Below are positions 15,908 to 26,309 of a stretch of 64,000 nucleotides of DNA, one piece after another (positions within the stretch are counted from its first letter, which is position 1; each line of letters starts with the position of its first letter). The translations under genes and the position numbers were made by a program. Source of the stretch: a virus (taxonomy: Duplodnaviria > Caudoviricetes). Under the pieces are notes generated by a model. The model worked only from the letters and a program-made list of their open reading frames with translations, did not search any database and had not been told where the DNA came from. The DNA lies in the IMG/VR virus record IMGVR_UViG_3300032132_000748; one strand, written 5' to 3'.

Positions 15908-17006
15908 AGCCTTTATAAAAACAGATCTCATGGAAGATCCTGAAATACTAGAAAATCTTAGTAACAGGCTACGAGGACAAGGCATAACCCCCATTCATAC
16001 GGAAAAAGAATGGAAAGATATCTTGTCAAAAGAACCTTTTCTATACTTTAGAAATCCTTATGTTCGTATTGATGGAGAAGGAGACGTTGCGGCGTTCCAC
16101 GCAAAAAGTCCTGATATACCTAAATTAAGGACCGCCAACGGAGAAATAATATCAATAAGTCCACTTGCTAGTGGAACATGTGATTTTCAGCTTAACAAAG
16201 GAACTTACTACCAGAGACCGGACTACGATCCTTTGCCAATACTCATAGGAATTCATTCTCGACCACTATACTCAGAATTAACCCTAAATAGTCTTCTCTA
16301 TAATTTACATGATGATCAAAAGGTCTACATTGTGGCCAGCCAGCCAGATCCGAAGTGTAAAGAAATCATAGAAAAAGCCCTCAAGGCGAGTCCAGTCGAG
16401 ACACATGCAGTTATTACTGAGAAAAATTTGTTCTATGCTTTCTCTAATTTTGGTGCTAAATACTTCAATCTAAAAAAGTTTATACATTTTGAAGAGGACG
16501 CAATACTTCCCGAAAATATTGAATATCACATTCCTTTTTGGACTAGACAATTCAATTATCGGTCAACTACTACAGACCTGCTCTCTTTGAGAGTTAGCGG
16601 CATAAACTATTCATCAGAGTTTTTTAAATCTCCTATGTATGCCAACGGAGAAATCTTAAAAATTCCAGATTCTTCACTATGGCATTACACAAGGCCGGAC
16701 AGCAGTAAGATAACCCCGATTGGGGGTATGGGAATGGTGATAGATTGTCCCACTATGTATAAAAACTTTTTACCACCTAACTTCTGTACTAGTGACCATA
16801 TTCTCTATAATGCTTCTTCTTCGATCTGCATTGCTAACGTTTCTGTATATCACCTTGGAGCGAATCAAGAAATGGATTATCAGGAGTATTTTCAAAGCAA
16901 GCGAACAGGCCACGCTCCAGTAGTTGAGCGGTTTCAAGTTGGCAAAGATATGCGAACTGGCGAAGAAAAGCGTATTGATCTAGCTCAAGACTGGGGGAAG
17001 CACTAA
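15900..17006 (+). CDS. Putative GT-A glycosyltransferase, paralog of the C-half of the upstream gene
   Basis: Shared AFIK.D..E.P, PFLY.RNPY.R, ELTLNSL, NFGAK, FIHFE.D, YHLGANQ.MDY. Confidence 0.6.
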   Translation: MRRAFIKTDLMEDPEILENLSNRLRGQGITPIHTEKEWKDILSKEPFLYFRNPYVRIDGEGDVAAFHAKSPDIPKLRTANGEIISISPLASGTCDFQLNKGTYYQRPDYDPLPILIGIHSRPLYSELTLNSLLYNLHDDQKVYIVASQPDPKCKEIIEKALKASPVETHAVITEKNLFYAFSNFGAKYFNLKKFIHFEEDAILPENIEYHIPFWTRQFNYRSTTTDLLSLRVSGINYSSEFFKSPMYANGEILKIPDSSLWHYTRPDSSKITPIGGMGMVIDCPTMYKNFLPPNFCTSDHILYNASSSICIANVSVYHLGANQEMDYQEYFQSKRTGHAPVVERFQVGKDMRTGEEKRIDLAQDWGKH

Positions 17007-17839
17007 TGCGAAAAGCTATAGTAAATATGTGCCCTACAGGGATGGTGCCTACCAAAGAAATGAACCCTTTTGTGCCTATATCTCCTGATGAAATAGGGCA
17101 GGCAGTGGGTGGTTATGAGGGATTGAAACCTAGTATTATTCATATTCATCCACGAGATGAGGACGGAAAACCCACATGGGACCCTGATATCTACAAACAA
17201 ATAGTAGATTCAATTAGAAAACACTATCCTGAGGTTTTACTCTCAGCCACGACTAGTGGTAGGCTTTGGTCGGATTTCGATAAGAGATCAGCACTGCTCG
17301 AACTAAAGGGGGACTACAAACCGGATTTAGCTTCCCTTACTCTAGGTTCTAACAATTTTGCGAGAACAGCCAGTCAAAACCCTCCGAAAATGATTAAAGA
17401 TTTAGCTCTTAAGATGGTAGACAACGGCATAAAACCGGAGTTAGAGGTTTTTGAACCGGGAATGATACATACAGCTAATCATCTAATTAGTAAAGGTATT
17501 CTCTCGAAGGAAGCACCTTATTTTAATATTCTGCTAGATTCCCCAGGAACATCTCCCTTACACCCATCAACGCTTGCATCGTTTCACGCGTTGCTTCCAG
17601 AAAATGCTGTATGGGGTTTGGCTGGTATTGGAATACAACAAACAGCCGCTAATTTGATTGCCTTAGGTTTTGGCGGGCATATTAGGGTGGGTCTAGAGGA
17701 TAGTGTATATGTGATGAGTCGGGGGAAAAAGAAAGTTATTAGTAATTATCTTTTGCTTAAAAGATTAAATCCAGTTTTTGATTTATTAGATATAGAGGCC
17801 GCCACACCTACAGAAACTAGGGAACTATTAAATTTATGA
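17006..17839 (+). CDS. Beta-keto acid cleavage enzyme (BKACE/Kce family)
   Basis: IIHIHPRD..G.P, PELEVF, GGHIRVGLED. Confidence 0.92.
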   Translation: MRKAIVNMCPTGMVPTKEMNPFVPISPDEIGQAVGGYEGLKPSIIHIHPRDEDGKPTWDPDIYKQIVDSIRKHYPEVLLSATTSGRLWSDFDKRSALLELKGDYKPDLASLTLGSNNFARTASQNPPKMIKDLALKMVDNGIKPELEVFEPGMIHTANHLISKGILSKEAPYFNILLDSPGTSPLHPSTLASFHALLPENAVWGLAGIGIQQTAANLIALGFGGHIRVGLEDSVYVMSRGKKKVISNYLLLKRLNPVFDLLDIEAATPTETRELLNL

Positions 17840-18420
17840 TACTAGTAATGCTATCGGGAGGCTTGGACAGCACGGCGATGCTGGTAAAGCTCCTACAGGA
17901 AACAAATGAACCTATTCATGTTCACCATGTAATTTTAAGAAACGTAGAAAAAAGATGGATGGCCGAGAATGTGGCAACAGGAAATATAGTAAATTACTGT
18001 CGTAAGAATTATCGGGATTTTAAATATACAGCAAATGTGTTTGGATTTACACAATTTGATTCTTTCTTCGGTTGGGATAATGACATTGTTCGTTTTATTG
18101 CAGCGCAAATATGTAAAGGAAATCCTTTAATAACTGAACTAGCTCTCGGTAAATGTAAAGATGACGTTTCACAAACCTTCCGAGTAAGGGCATTACAATC
18201 TGCGACCATCTGGAGAGCATGTTTCTTGGATGGAATAGGAAAGCCTCCAGAAATAATACGGCCCGTGGAGAATATGACTAAAAAACAGTTGGTAGAATAT
18301 CTATCTCCTGAATTATTCAAGATGACGTGGTCCTGCAGAACCCCAAAAAAAGAAAGAGGTCAACTAGTGAGGTGCGAAATCTGTGATACGTGTAAAATAT
18401 TTATTGAGCAGGGATTATAA
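17836..18420 (+). CDS. QueC-like PP-loop ATP pyrophosphatase
   Basis: SGGLDS, TWSC, CxxCxxC. Confidence 0.75.
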   Translation: MILVMLSGGLDSTAMLVKLLQETNEPIHVHHVILRNVEKRWMAENVATGNIVNYCRKNYRDFKYTANVFGFTQFDSFFGWDNDIVRFIAAQICKGNPLITELALGKCKDDVSQTFRVRALQSATIWRACFLDGIGKPPEIIRPVENMTKKQLVEYLSPELFKMTWSCRTPKKERGQLVRCEICDTCKIFIEQGL

Positions 18421-18920
18421 TGGCACTAATACTAATGAAAGCACTGACTTTTTGTCATGATAAAAGATTTACTACTCCAGATAAAGCTTTTATTTATGAA
18501 GAAATTCTTAGGTTAATGAAGCCTTTTAATATGCATCGAGTTCCGAGTCTTGAGATGCCTGAACTTGAATTAGATAAGTTCTTTCTAGCAATTATCGACG
18601 GTAATATTGTTGGTGCTGCGGGCTATAAGATGATTTCAGATACTGAAGGTAAAACTACTCTTATGGCAGTTGATCCTAAGTATTCTGGACAAGGAATAGG
18701 GTTAGAGCTTCAGAGAATGCGAATGAACGAGATGAAAACTCTCGGAGCCACTAGCATTGTTACTAATGCTGATCGACCTAAGAGCATTGCCTGGTATAAG
18801 AAGCATTTTGGTTATCAAGAGGTTGGCACTATTCCGAAAATCCATAGTTTCGGTTGGGAGGGGGTTGATCATTGGACAACGCTAAAAACTACTGATTTTA
18901 GCCTAGAGGCCGCACCTTGA
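18420..18920 (+). CDS. GNAT N-acetyltransferase
   Basis: MAVDPKYSGQGIG, WYKKHFGY. Confidence 0.85.
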   Translation: MALILMKALTFCHDKRFTTPDKAFIYEEILRLMKPFNMHRVPSLEMPELELDKFFLAIIDGNIVGAAGYKMISDTEGKTTLMAVDPKYSGQGIGLELQRMRMNEMKTLGATSIVTNADRPKSIAWYKKHFGYQEVGTIPKIHSFGWEGVDHWTTLKTTDFSLEAAP

Positions 18921-18969
18921 ATCCTGCTTAACATTGACAAATGGCTTTAGTGCGGTATCCTTAAGACAA

Positions 18970-19989
18970 ATGATTAAGTATGTGCAAAATAAACTGATAG
19001 ACTACGCCTCAGTGCAAGTCTTGTTAGATAAATCAGCCAAGGTCTGCCGATTTTCAAATGGCGGCCCAGTTAAATTTGAACTGGAATCCTATCTTGAAGG
19101 TCTGTTGGAACTACCTGAAACCAAAAAACTGATTTGTGCCAATAATGGTACGTCGGCTTTGCATGTTTTGATGTTCCTATATGAGCATCTTTCCGAGAAA
19201 AAGAAATTCAACTGGGCCACTGTCGCTTATAACTTTCCTTGCCCTGTTGTAAATAACTTTAATGCACACATTTTTGATATAACTCTTGAGCCAAACAGTT
19301 ATGCAATTGATCTATCCAAAAAACTTGCTAAATATGACGGGTTTGTTTTACCTACGCTATTTGGAACGCTCCCTCGTAACTTAATGGACTGTGTTTCGTT
19401 TTGTAAAGAAAATGATATTATTTTATTACTAGATAATGCTAGTTCCTTTTTATCAAAAAAAGATAGTGTGAATATATGTGCATTAGGTGATGGTAGTATT
19501 GGAAGTCTTCACCATACAAAATATTTAGGTTTTGGGGAGGGCGGCTTTCTTGTTATTGACAAAGATCTTTATCTTAAGGCTGATTCCCTAACTAATTTTG
19601 GTTTCTTTCAAGATCGTATCTATAAGCCATATTCATCTAATTTCAAAATGTCTGATATTAGTGCGGCTTTCATTCTTTCACACATACGAAACTATAACTT
19701 AGAAATGCACAAAGAGATACAACAAAAGTTTAGAGACTCTTTAGATCTGTTCAATGATTCTGCAGAGGTGGTATACGGTAACTTACCTATTCAGTTCAAA
19801 AATCCTACGAGTCAGCTTCTTTTTAGAGATTACGGTATCGAAGCCAATAAATATTATGTTCCTCTAAAAAGTCTTCCAAATAGTGACTATTTATATGAAA
19901 GAATGGTTAATTTCCCTTTACACGCTGAATTATCAGATTATGAAATTAATAAGATAGTTGAGCAAATAAATATTCAGGCAAAAAAATGA
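18970..19989 (+). CDS. DegT-family sugar aminotransferase (VioA-like)
   Basis: NNGTSAL, LDNASS, SLHHTKYLGFGEGG, NFKMSDISAA. Confidence 0.88.
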   Translation: MIKYVQNKLIDYASVQVLLDKSAKVCRFSNGGPVKFELESYLEGLLELPETKKLICANNGTSALHVLMFLYEHLSEKKKFNWATVAYNFPCPVVNNFNAHIFDITLEPNSYAIDLSKKLAKYDGFVLPTLFGTLPRNLMDCVSFCKENDIILLLDNASSFLSKKDSVNICALGDGSIGSLHHTKYLGFGEGGFLVIDKDLYLKADSLTNFGFFQDRIYKPYSSNFKMSDISAAFILSHIRNYNLEMHKEIQQKFRDSLDLFNDSAEVVYGNLPIQFKNPTSQLLFRDYGIEANKYYVPLKSLPNSDYLYERMVNFPLHAELSDYEINKIVEQINIQAKK

Positions 19990-20693
19990 AACTCGCGATA
20001 ATGCAGCCTTATTTTTTCCCGTATATTGGGTATTTTCAGATGCTCAGTGCGGTAGAAACTTTTGTTTTTTTGGATAATGTGAATTTCATCAAAAAGGGAT
20101 GGATCCATCGAAATAATATATTTCTTGAAGGAAAAGACCATCCATTTCGATTGCCGCTTAAAAAGGCTAGTCAAAATAAACTAATTTGTAATATAGATCT
20201 TCATGAGTCCTACGATGAATGGAAAGAGAAGTTCAAAAAAACCCTACATCACGCATATAGAAAAACAGAAAACTTTGATTTAGTATATCCAAAAGTTTGT
20301 AATTTTTTAGATTACTACAGCGGAAAAAAGGGATACTCTACTCAATTACATAAATTTTGTGCTGATTCTATTAATCTTTCTGCCAGATTGCTTGGTATTA
20401 GTACTAAGACTTTGTCTTCGTGCGACATAGACACAGGGAGTCTCTCCGGGGAAGCGCGTATTCTTAGAATTTGTCAAAAACGTAAAGCTACGCACTATAT
20501 AAACGCTATAGGGGGGAAGAAACTATATAACCAAGAGGTTTTTGACAGTGCGGGAGTGGATTTGAGGTTTTTGAGATGTGATCTCGAACCTTCTGAAAAT
20601 TTTAACCCATATAGATCAATTCTAGACTTATTATTCCGATACTCTTTGGATGAAGTTAAAGAAATGCTCTACGCCTATAAATTAGAGAGATAG
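19986..20693 (+). CDS. WbqC family protein
   Basis: IMQPYFFPYIGYFQ, WIHRN, YINAIGG, SILDLLF. Confidence 0.93.
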   Translation: MKLAIMQPYFFPYIGYFQMLSAVETFVFLDNVNFIKKGWIHRNNIFLEGKDHPFRLPLKKASQNKLICNIDLHESYDEWKEKFKKTLHHAYRKTENFDLVYPKVCNFLDYYSGKKGYSTQLHKFCADSINLSARLLGISTKTLSSCDIDTGSLSGEARILRICQKRKATHYINAIGGKKLYNQEVFDSAGVDLRFLRCDLEPSENFNPYRSILDLLFRYSLDEVKEMLYAYKLER

Positions 20694-21356
20694 ATGAAAG
20701 TAATAATATTTGGAGTAAAGGACATAGCTCAACTAGCGCACTATTACCTAGAAAACGACACCCCCGATACAGTTGTTTCAGCCTTTTGCGTCAATGAAGA
20801 GTATATGCCAGAAAACAGAGAATTCTGCGGAAGACCTGTCTACCCCTTTGAGACCATAGAGACAGTACTACCGCCAGGAGAATATAAGTTTTTCGCTCCT
20901 ATGACTGGCTCTCAGATGAGCACTTTACGTGAAAAAGTTTACATTGAGGCTAAGGCTAAAGGTTATGAATTTATTTCATACATAAGCACTAAAGCTACTA
21001 ATTTTGCCTCTAAAATAGGTGAGAACTGTTTTATTTTAGAAGATAACACCATTCAACCTTTTGTGGAAATAGGTAATAATGTCGTGCTTTGGAGCGGTAA
21101 CCATATCGGGCATCACTCCGTAATTAAGGACCACGCATTTTTTACGTCTCAAGTCGTCCTCTCGGGCCACTGCACGGTCAACTCATACGCCTGGTTTGGG
21201 GTCAACTCGACCGTCAGAGACGGCTGTGAGGTCGCTGAAGGCACTTGCCTCTCTATGGGGGCCTGCCTCACTAAATCGAAGACAGACCCGTGGTCCCTTT
21301 ATATGGGAATGCCAGCCAAGAAGAAAGACGGGGTTGATCCCCGGAAAATAATTTAA
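20694..21356 (+). CDS. Hexapeptide-repeat sugar acetyltransferase (NeuD/PglD-like)
   Basis: IGENCFILEDNTIQPFVEIGNNVVLWSGNHIGHHS. Confidence 0.92.
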   Translation: MKVIIFGVKDIAQLAHYYLENDTPDTVVSAFCVNEEYMPENREFCGRPVYPFETIETVLPPGEYKFFAPMTGSQMSTLREKVYIEAKAKGYEFISYISTKATNFASKIGENCFILEDNTIQPFVEIGNNVVLWSGNHIGHHSVIKDHAFFTSQVVLSGHCTVNSYAWFGVNSTVRDGCEVAEGTCLSMGACLTKSKTDPWSLYMGMPAKKKDGVDPRKII

Positions 21357-22264
21357 TGCAGAACTGGACCTTTCAAGATAAAATTTTTAACGAACAAGCT
21401 CAGTGCCCTACGGTTTTGCAGCTTGCTGATCGTTGGAGAATATTCTTCTCTCAGAGAGATATTGAAAATAGAAGCCTCCCTTACTACATTGATGTAGAAC
21501 CTGGAAACCCTTCAAAAATAATTACAGAAAAAACAGGGCCGCTACTGTCTTTAGGGAAACCCGGAACGTTTGATCATTTCGGTATTATTCCTTCCTCAAT
21601 AGTAACGGAGTCGGATGGTAGTGTATATTTATACTATGTTGGATGGAGCGTTAGAAAAGACGTTCCATACCATAATACAGCAGGGCTTGCGGTCAGCTTA
21701 GATAACGGAGAAACCTTCTCTAAAGTGTCCGAAGGGCCTATTTTAAGTGTTACTGCATTAGAACCATATTTCAATGGAACAACGTGTGTAAAACTCGTCG
21801 ATCATCAATGGACTTGTTGGTATATGTCGTGCACGGAATGGGTTGAAATTGAGGGTAAACAAGAGCCTCGATATCATCTGAAATTAGCAACATCGGAAGA
21901 TGGGATTAATTGGGACCAATCGGGATTGACTGCCGTAGATTACACGTCTGATCTTGAAGGAGGGCTCTCCAAAGCATCGGTTATAGTGAATGATGATAGC
22001 TATAAGATGTGGTATTCATATCGAGCCCTTCACAACTATAGATCTAACTGGGACAAGTCCTATAAAATAGGATATGCAGAATCTCTTGATGGGGTTAGCT
22101 GGGAAAGAATGGACGATAGTATTTCTGTTAAATCTGGCCAGGGATGGGATTTGCAAATGCAATGCTACCCTTGTGTTGTTGCCTACGAAAACAAGTTATT
22201 CATGTTCTACAATGGAAATAACTTCGGAAAAACGGGCTTTGGCTTTTCAACTTATTTACTTTAG
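21356..22264 (+). CDS. Beta-propeller glycoside hydrolase-like protein
   Basis: Repeated S-x-D-G-x-x-W Asp boxes; MFYNGNNFGKTGFG. Confidence 0.8.
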   Translation: MQNWTFQDKIFNEQAQCPTVLQLADRWRIFFSQRDIENRSLPYYIDVEPGNPSKIITEKTGPLLSLGKPGTFDHFGIIPSSIVTESDGSVYLYYVGWSVRKDVPYHNTAGLAVSLDNGETFSKVSEGPILSVTALEPYFNGTTCVKLVDHQWTCWYMSCTEWVEIEGKQEPRYHLKLATSEDGINWDQSGLTAVDYTSDLEGGLSKASVIVNDDSYKMWYSYRALHNYRSNWDKSYKIGYAESLDGVSWERMDDSISVKSGQGWDLQMQCYPCVVAYENKLFMFYNGNNFGKTGFGFSTYLL

Positions 22265-22321
22265 CTTAGTCTACATATAGCTTATATGTTATAATAGACT
22301 GTGCGCTGCAGGGCGCTTAAA

Positions 22322-22546
22322 ATGACTGAACCTGATTTTGACAACCAACCCGATAAAATTTTCCTTGACGAAAATGGTGAAATTACCAGAAATTGGAAAA
22401 CTTATTGGAGACATCGCTTGCAGAACCCTATCACCAGACGGGAGGTTCGCCAGGAAAAGGCTGCAACCAGAAAACGAATCCATAGAACTAATAGGAAAAA
22501 GACTAAGAGATGGCTTAACGATATGAAATCTGATTTATCGTCTTAA
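22322..22546 (+). CDS. Hypothetical basic protein
   Basis: ORF only. Confidence 0.5.
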   Translation: MTEPDFDNQPDKIFLDENGEITRNWKTYWRHRLQNPITRREVRQEKAATRKRIHRTNRKKTKRWLNDMKSDLSS

Positions 22547-22565
22547 TGTTGTTATACTACATACT

Positions 22566-22934
22566 ATGCATACTATTTTAGTAGTAGACGACGATGATAG
22601 CATCCGTGATCTATTGGAAATAATCTTAGGGAGACTCTATCACGTCATTACAGCCGATGGTGTTGGAGCGGCTACTGCCGCGTTAGATACTTATGAAAAT
22701 ATTGATCTAATCTTAACAGATTATCATATGGATGACGGTGTAGGTACGGATTTGTGTGGTCAGGAAGTTCCTGTATTTTTAATGTCTGCAGGCTTTGATC
22801 CTGATTTAGCTAAAGATTTGCTACAATCCGGGGATATAGCGGGCTTTATACCTAAACCTTTTGACAAATTTCACCTCTTTATAGGAATAGAAGATATCCT
22901 CTCCCCACGAAACAATCCTTATGATTTTTTCTAG
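22566..22934 (+). CDS. Stand-alone response regulator receiver (CheY-like)
   Basis: ILVVDDD, DLILTDYHM...G, MSA, KPF. Confidence 0.92.
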   Translation: MHTILVVDDDDSIRDLLEIILGRLYHVITADGVGAATAALDTYENIDLILTDYHMDDGVGTDLCGQEVPVFLMSAGFDPDLAKDLLQSGDIAGFIPKPFDKFHLFIGIEDILSPRNNPYDFF

Positions 22935-23012
22935 CAATATCAGCCCTCAATATTGCAAGTAATGATTCCAAGGCTATACTAGGGGCAGTTATCCATTAAA
23001 GGAGTCTTTAGT

Positions 23013-23399
23013 ATGAGTGATACAGTTAAAAGTGCAAAGAAAGCCAAAGTCGATCCAAATGAGCCAAAGGACGCCAGATTCCGGCGGCTGGCTTCAGCCC
23101 GTGGAGATAAATTGATCCACCAAATGAAGCTTCTCAAGAATTTAGGTACTTCATATGCCTATCGATTGGACCCGGATGTAGCCGAAGAGCTTTTGAGCAA
23201 ATTTGATAAACATGTAAACGATCTTCGCGACACTTGGGTTGCAAAGATCAACGAAATGAGAAAAACCACAGAACCTGTTGGCGATGACGACGTTATTGTC
23301 GATAATGTAGTCTCTCTTGACGATGTGGTCGTTGACGACGTTGAGGTTGACGTAGAAGTGGAAGTGGAAGAAGAGCCAGTAGTCGCAATTAACGACTAA
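23013..23399 (+). CDS. Hypothetical protein with acidic tail
   Basis: AAGGAG RBS; RFRRLASAR helix. Confidence 0.7.
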   Translation: MSDTVKSAKKAKVDPNEPKDARFRRLASARGDKLIHQMKLLKNLGTSYAYRLDPDVAEELLSKFDKHVNDLRDTWVAKINEMRKTTEPVGDDDVIVDNVVSLDDVVVDDVEVDVEVEVEEEPVVAIND

Positions 23400-23422
23400 T
23401 TAGCACTTTAGCTTACTTTATT

Positions 23423-23459
23423 AAATAAGGACTGGGAGATCTTCTCTCAGTCCTTATTT
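23423..23459. terminator. Bidirectional intrinsic terminator
   Basis: AAATAAGGACTGGGAGA/TCTCTCAGTCCTTATTT between convergent genes. Confidence 0.75.
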
Positions 23460-24380
23460 TTTTCTGAAAAACCTCTGAGCATCTTGTGCTCTTTTATTTT
23501 CTAGAAACTCCTCGAAGGACCCTTCTCCGAAAATGAATTTATAGGGGCCAGATGCAATCCATCTGCATACGACAAAACTAGAAATAACTCTAGTTAAGTT
23601 GGGCTCTGGAATAGTAAGAGTGTTAGATACTCTAACTCCAGTTACTTGAACAACTATTCCAAAAATCTTACCAGATAGAGTAAAAACCCCACCCCCACTA
23701 TTTCCAAATATGGCAAAACCTGTAACTAGGTGTCTGTCTGTAGTAATAGACGATATATTACCATTTGTAATGGCTGGAGTGTTTCCTAGGCTGCATCCAG
23801 ATATAAAAATAGGATCGTAAATAGATACTTTTTCAAAATCTTCTAATGTTATAAAATGTGCAACTTCTCCTATAGGATGTGGTGATCTTATTTCTATTAG
23901 TGCTAAATCTCTAGAGCTACTGCGGGCAAGAATTTTTCCACTATACGATATTGTTTCTCCGATAGTTTGATTATTTAAATAATTAAACTTTTCTATAGTA
24001 ACGGTACTTGCAGTTCCAACAACATGTCTATTTGTTATTACGTAGGTATAATATTCTTGTGGTGACGCGGTACCAGACCATATTATTACTCCAGTTCCTC
24101 TATTCGTGCCAGTGCTGATTCTAACGGTCGAATTAAGTATAGAAAACGCAGTTTCTCTCGGTAATCTATTTCTAACAATTGAACTTGAGACTATTTCTGC
24201 TACAAGAGCGCTATCCACATGAGATATGTTGGTCTCGTGAGGGCAACTCGCGGGAATAGATATTATGGTGGGCTCTAGGCTAGTCGCTAATCTTTCTGTT
24301 AGTCCAAAAACACCGACTACAAAGAGTGCAGTTGCTGCAATAGTTAATGATATTTTGAGGTAGAATTTTTTACTTCGCAT
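23454..24380 (-). CDS. Membrane-anchored trypsin-like serine protease
   Basis: N-terminal TM; TNRHVV, DLALI, GNSGGG catalytic triad. Confidence 0.9.
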   Translation of the reverse strand: MRSKKFYLKISLTIAATALFVVGVFGLTERLATSLEPTIISIPASCPHETNISHVDSALVAEIVSSSIVRNRLPRETAFSILNSTVRISTGTNRGTGVIIWSGTASPQEYYTYVITNRHVVGTASTVTIEKFNYLNNQTIGETISYSGKILARSSSRDLALIEIRSPHPIGEVAHFITLEDFEKVSIYDPIFISGCSLGNTPAITNGNISSITTDRHLVTGFAIFGNSGGGVFTLSGKIFGIVVQVTGVRVSNTLTIPEPNLTRVISSFVVCRWIASGPYKFIFGEGSFEEFLENKRAQDAQRFFRKK

Positions 24381-24461
24381 TTCCTATTTATTTATTGTCC
24401 AGTATTTTACGTACCCTGTCAAGAAAGTTACCATACAGCAATACTTTTAACGAGGATCTCA

Positions 24462-26309
24462 ATGGAAACAATTGTCGGTATTGACCTAGGCACCACTAAC
24501 TCAGCCATTGCCATAATGGAGAATGATGAAGTAAAAATCATTCAAAACAGGCATGGCGACGCTACAACACCATCTGTTGTCGCATTTACTAACGAAGGAG
24601 GCATCTTAGTCGGAAAAGAAGCTAAGAACCAGGCAGCCTCTAATCCCAAGAAAACTATTTCTTCAGTTAAGAGAGTCATAGGTAGTCGAGTCATGGAAGT
24701 TCCTGACGCGGCCAAAAAAGTCCCCTACTCTTTAGTAGGCAGACCTACGGATCCTGTCCAGATTCTAATTGGAGACGATCCTGCTAGTCAAAAAGCTTTT
24801 ATGCCTCAAAGCATTTCCGCACGTATTCTTCAAGACCTTAAAAAGAGTGCTGAAGAATATCTTGGGCGACCCGTAACAGATGCCGTTATTACGGTGCCTG
24901 CATACTTTAATGACGGGCAGCGCCAAGCAACTAAACGAGCAGGGGAGCTAGCAGGCTTAAATGTCCGTCGTATTATTAACGAGCCGACAGCGGCAGCACT
25001 TGCTTATGGCATTAGTGTCGAAGATCCTACAGTAGAAAAGAAAATTGCAGTCTTTGACCTCGGAGGAGGAACCTTTGATATTTCAATTCTTGAAATTGGT
25101 GGTGGGGTTTGGGAAGTCAAAGCCGTAAACGGTGACACCTTCTTGGGTGGTGATGATTTTGACCGAGAAATCGTAAACCTTCTTGTTCGTAATTTTCTAA
25201 ATAAACCTGATGGAATCGACTTGAGAGAATATCCTTCCGCCATGCAGCGACTTAAAGAAGCAGCAGAGGGGGCCAAATTTGGACTTTCCTCTTCTCTAGA
25301 GTCTAAGATTACACAAGCATTCCTTGCAGAAGAGCTTGGAGAAAATGGTCACCTCGAATTTGTTCTATCCAGAAGTAAATTTGAATCTCTTATTGATAAA
25401 TACATGAAACGCATTGAGAGTTGCTGTAAGCAGGCTCTTAAAGATGCTAACATCTCAGCATCATCAATTACTGACGTGGTGCTTGTAGGAGGCTCTACTA
25501 GAGTTCCTCTAGTAAAAGATCTTGCTAAGAAAATCTTCGGCAAAGACCCAGATACTTCGGTTAATCCTGATGAAGTTGTTGCACTTGGTGCTGCAATTCA
25601 AGGTGCAATCCTTTCTGGAGCTAAGAAGGGGATGATTCTTGTAGATGTAACCCCTCTCTCTCTTGGTATAGAGACTGAACATGAAATTATGGATGTTCTT
25701 ATCCCTCGAAATACCTCTGTTCCGTGCGTTGCCAAAGAGGTTTATACCACAACAGAAGACGAGCAAGAGGAGGTAGACGTATATGTCTATCAAGGAGAAA
25801 GCCGTAGAGTTAGTCGAAATAGGCTTTTAGCTCAATTTGTTCTTGATGGTATCGAGCCTGCTTACGAAGGAGACCCGCAAATCGAAGTTCGTTTTGCTAT
25901 CGACGCAGATGGTATTCTTCAGGTTTCAGCAAAAAATCTTGCGACAGGCTCTGAACAGGCAATTACTGTTAAAGATTCTTCTACGGTATCTGACGCAGAC
26001 GTTTTGAAATTTCAGAGTGCTGCGGAGCAGGATCAATTTGATACCTTTGACTATGATGACGGAGACGATGAGGACGAGGAATATGATCTAGAAGATCTAG
26101 TCCAAGTAGCAGAAGTGCTTCTACAAGATACAACTAGTGGTTTGGACGAATTTGCCACGGTATTAGACGCGCTTACCTTGTCCAAAGTAAAGCAAGCAAA
26201 AGAATCGCTTGCAGAAGCCCTCGACGAAGAAGATATGGAGCTTATAGAAAGCAGCCTAAATAATCTACTTACTCTCTGGGATACAATCGAAGCAACCCTA
26301 GAGGAATAG
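24462..26309 (+). CDS. dnaK: Hsp70/DnaK chaperone (divergent acidic C-terminus)
   Basis: [42 protein letters not shown]. Confidence 0.95.
   Translation: METIVGIDLGTTNSAIAIMENDEVKIIQNRHGDATTPSVVAFTNEGGILVGKEAKNQAASNPKKTISSVKRVIGSRVMEVPDAAKKVPYSLVGRPTDPVQILIGDDPASQKAFMPQSISARILQDLKKSAEEYLGRPVTDAVITVPAYFNDGQRQATKRAGELAGLNVRRIINEPTAAALAYGISVEDPTVEKKIAVFDLGGGTFDISILEIGGGVWEVKAVNGDTFLGGDDFDREIVNLLVRNFLNKPDGIDLREYPSAMQRLKEAAEGAKFGLSSSLESKITQAFLAEELGENGHLEFVLSRSKFESLIDKYMKRIESCCKQALKDANISASSITDVVLVGGSTRVPLVKDLAKKIFGKDPDTSVNPDEVVALGAAIQGAILSGAKKGMILVDVTPLSLGIETEHEIMDVLIPRNTSVPCVAKEVYTTTEDEQEEVDVYVYQGESRRVSRNRLLAQFVLDGIEPAYEGDPQIEVRFAIDADGILQVSAKNLATGSEQAITVKDSSTVSDADVLKFQSAAEQDQFDTFDYDDGDDEDEEYDLEDLVQVAEVLLQDTTSGLDEFATVLDALTLSKVKQAKESLAEALDEEDMELIESSLNNLLTLWDTIEATLEE

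Noticed and set aside
17836-18420. 7-deazaguanine DNA modification pathway
   Set aside because: Only a QueC-like fold; no FolE, QueD, QueE or DpdA in the window, and the context is sugar tailoring
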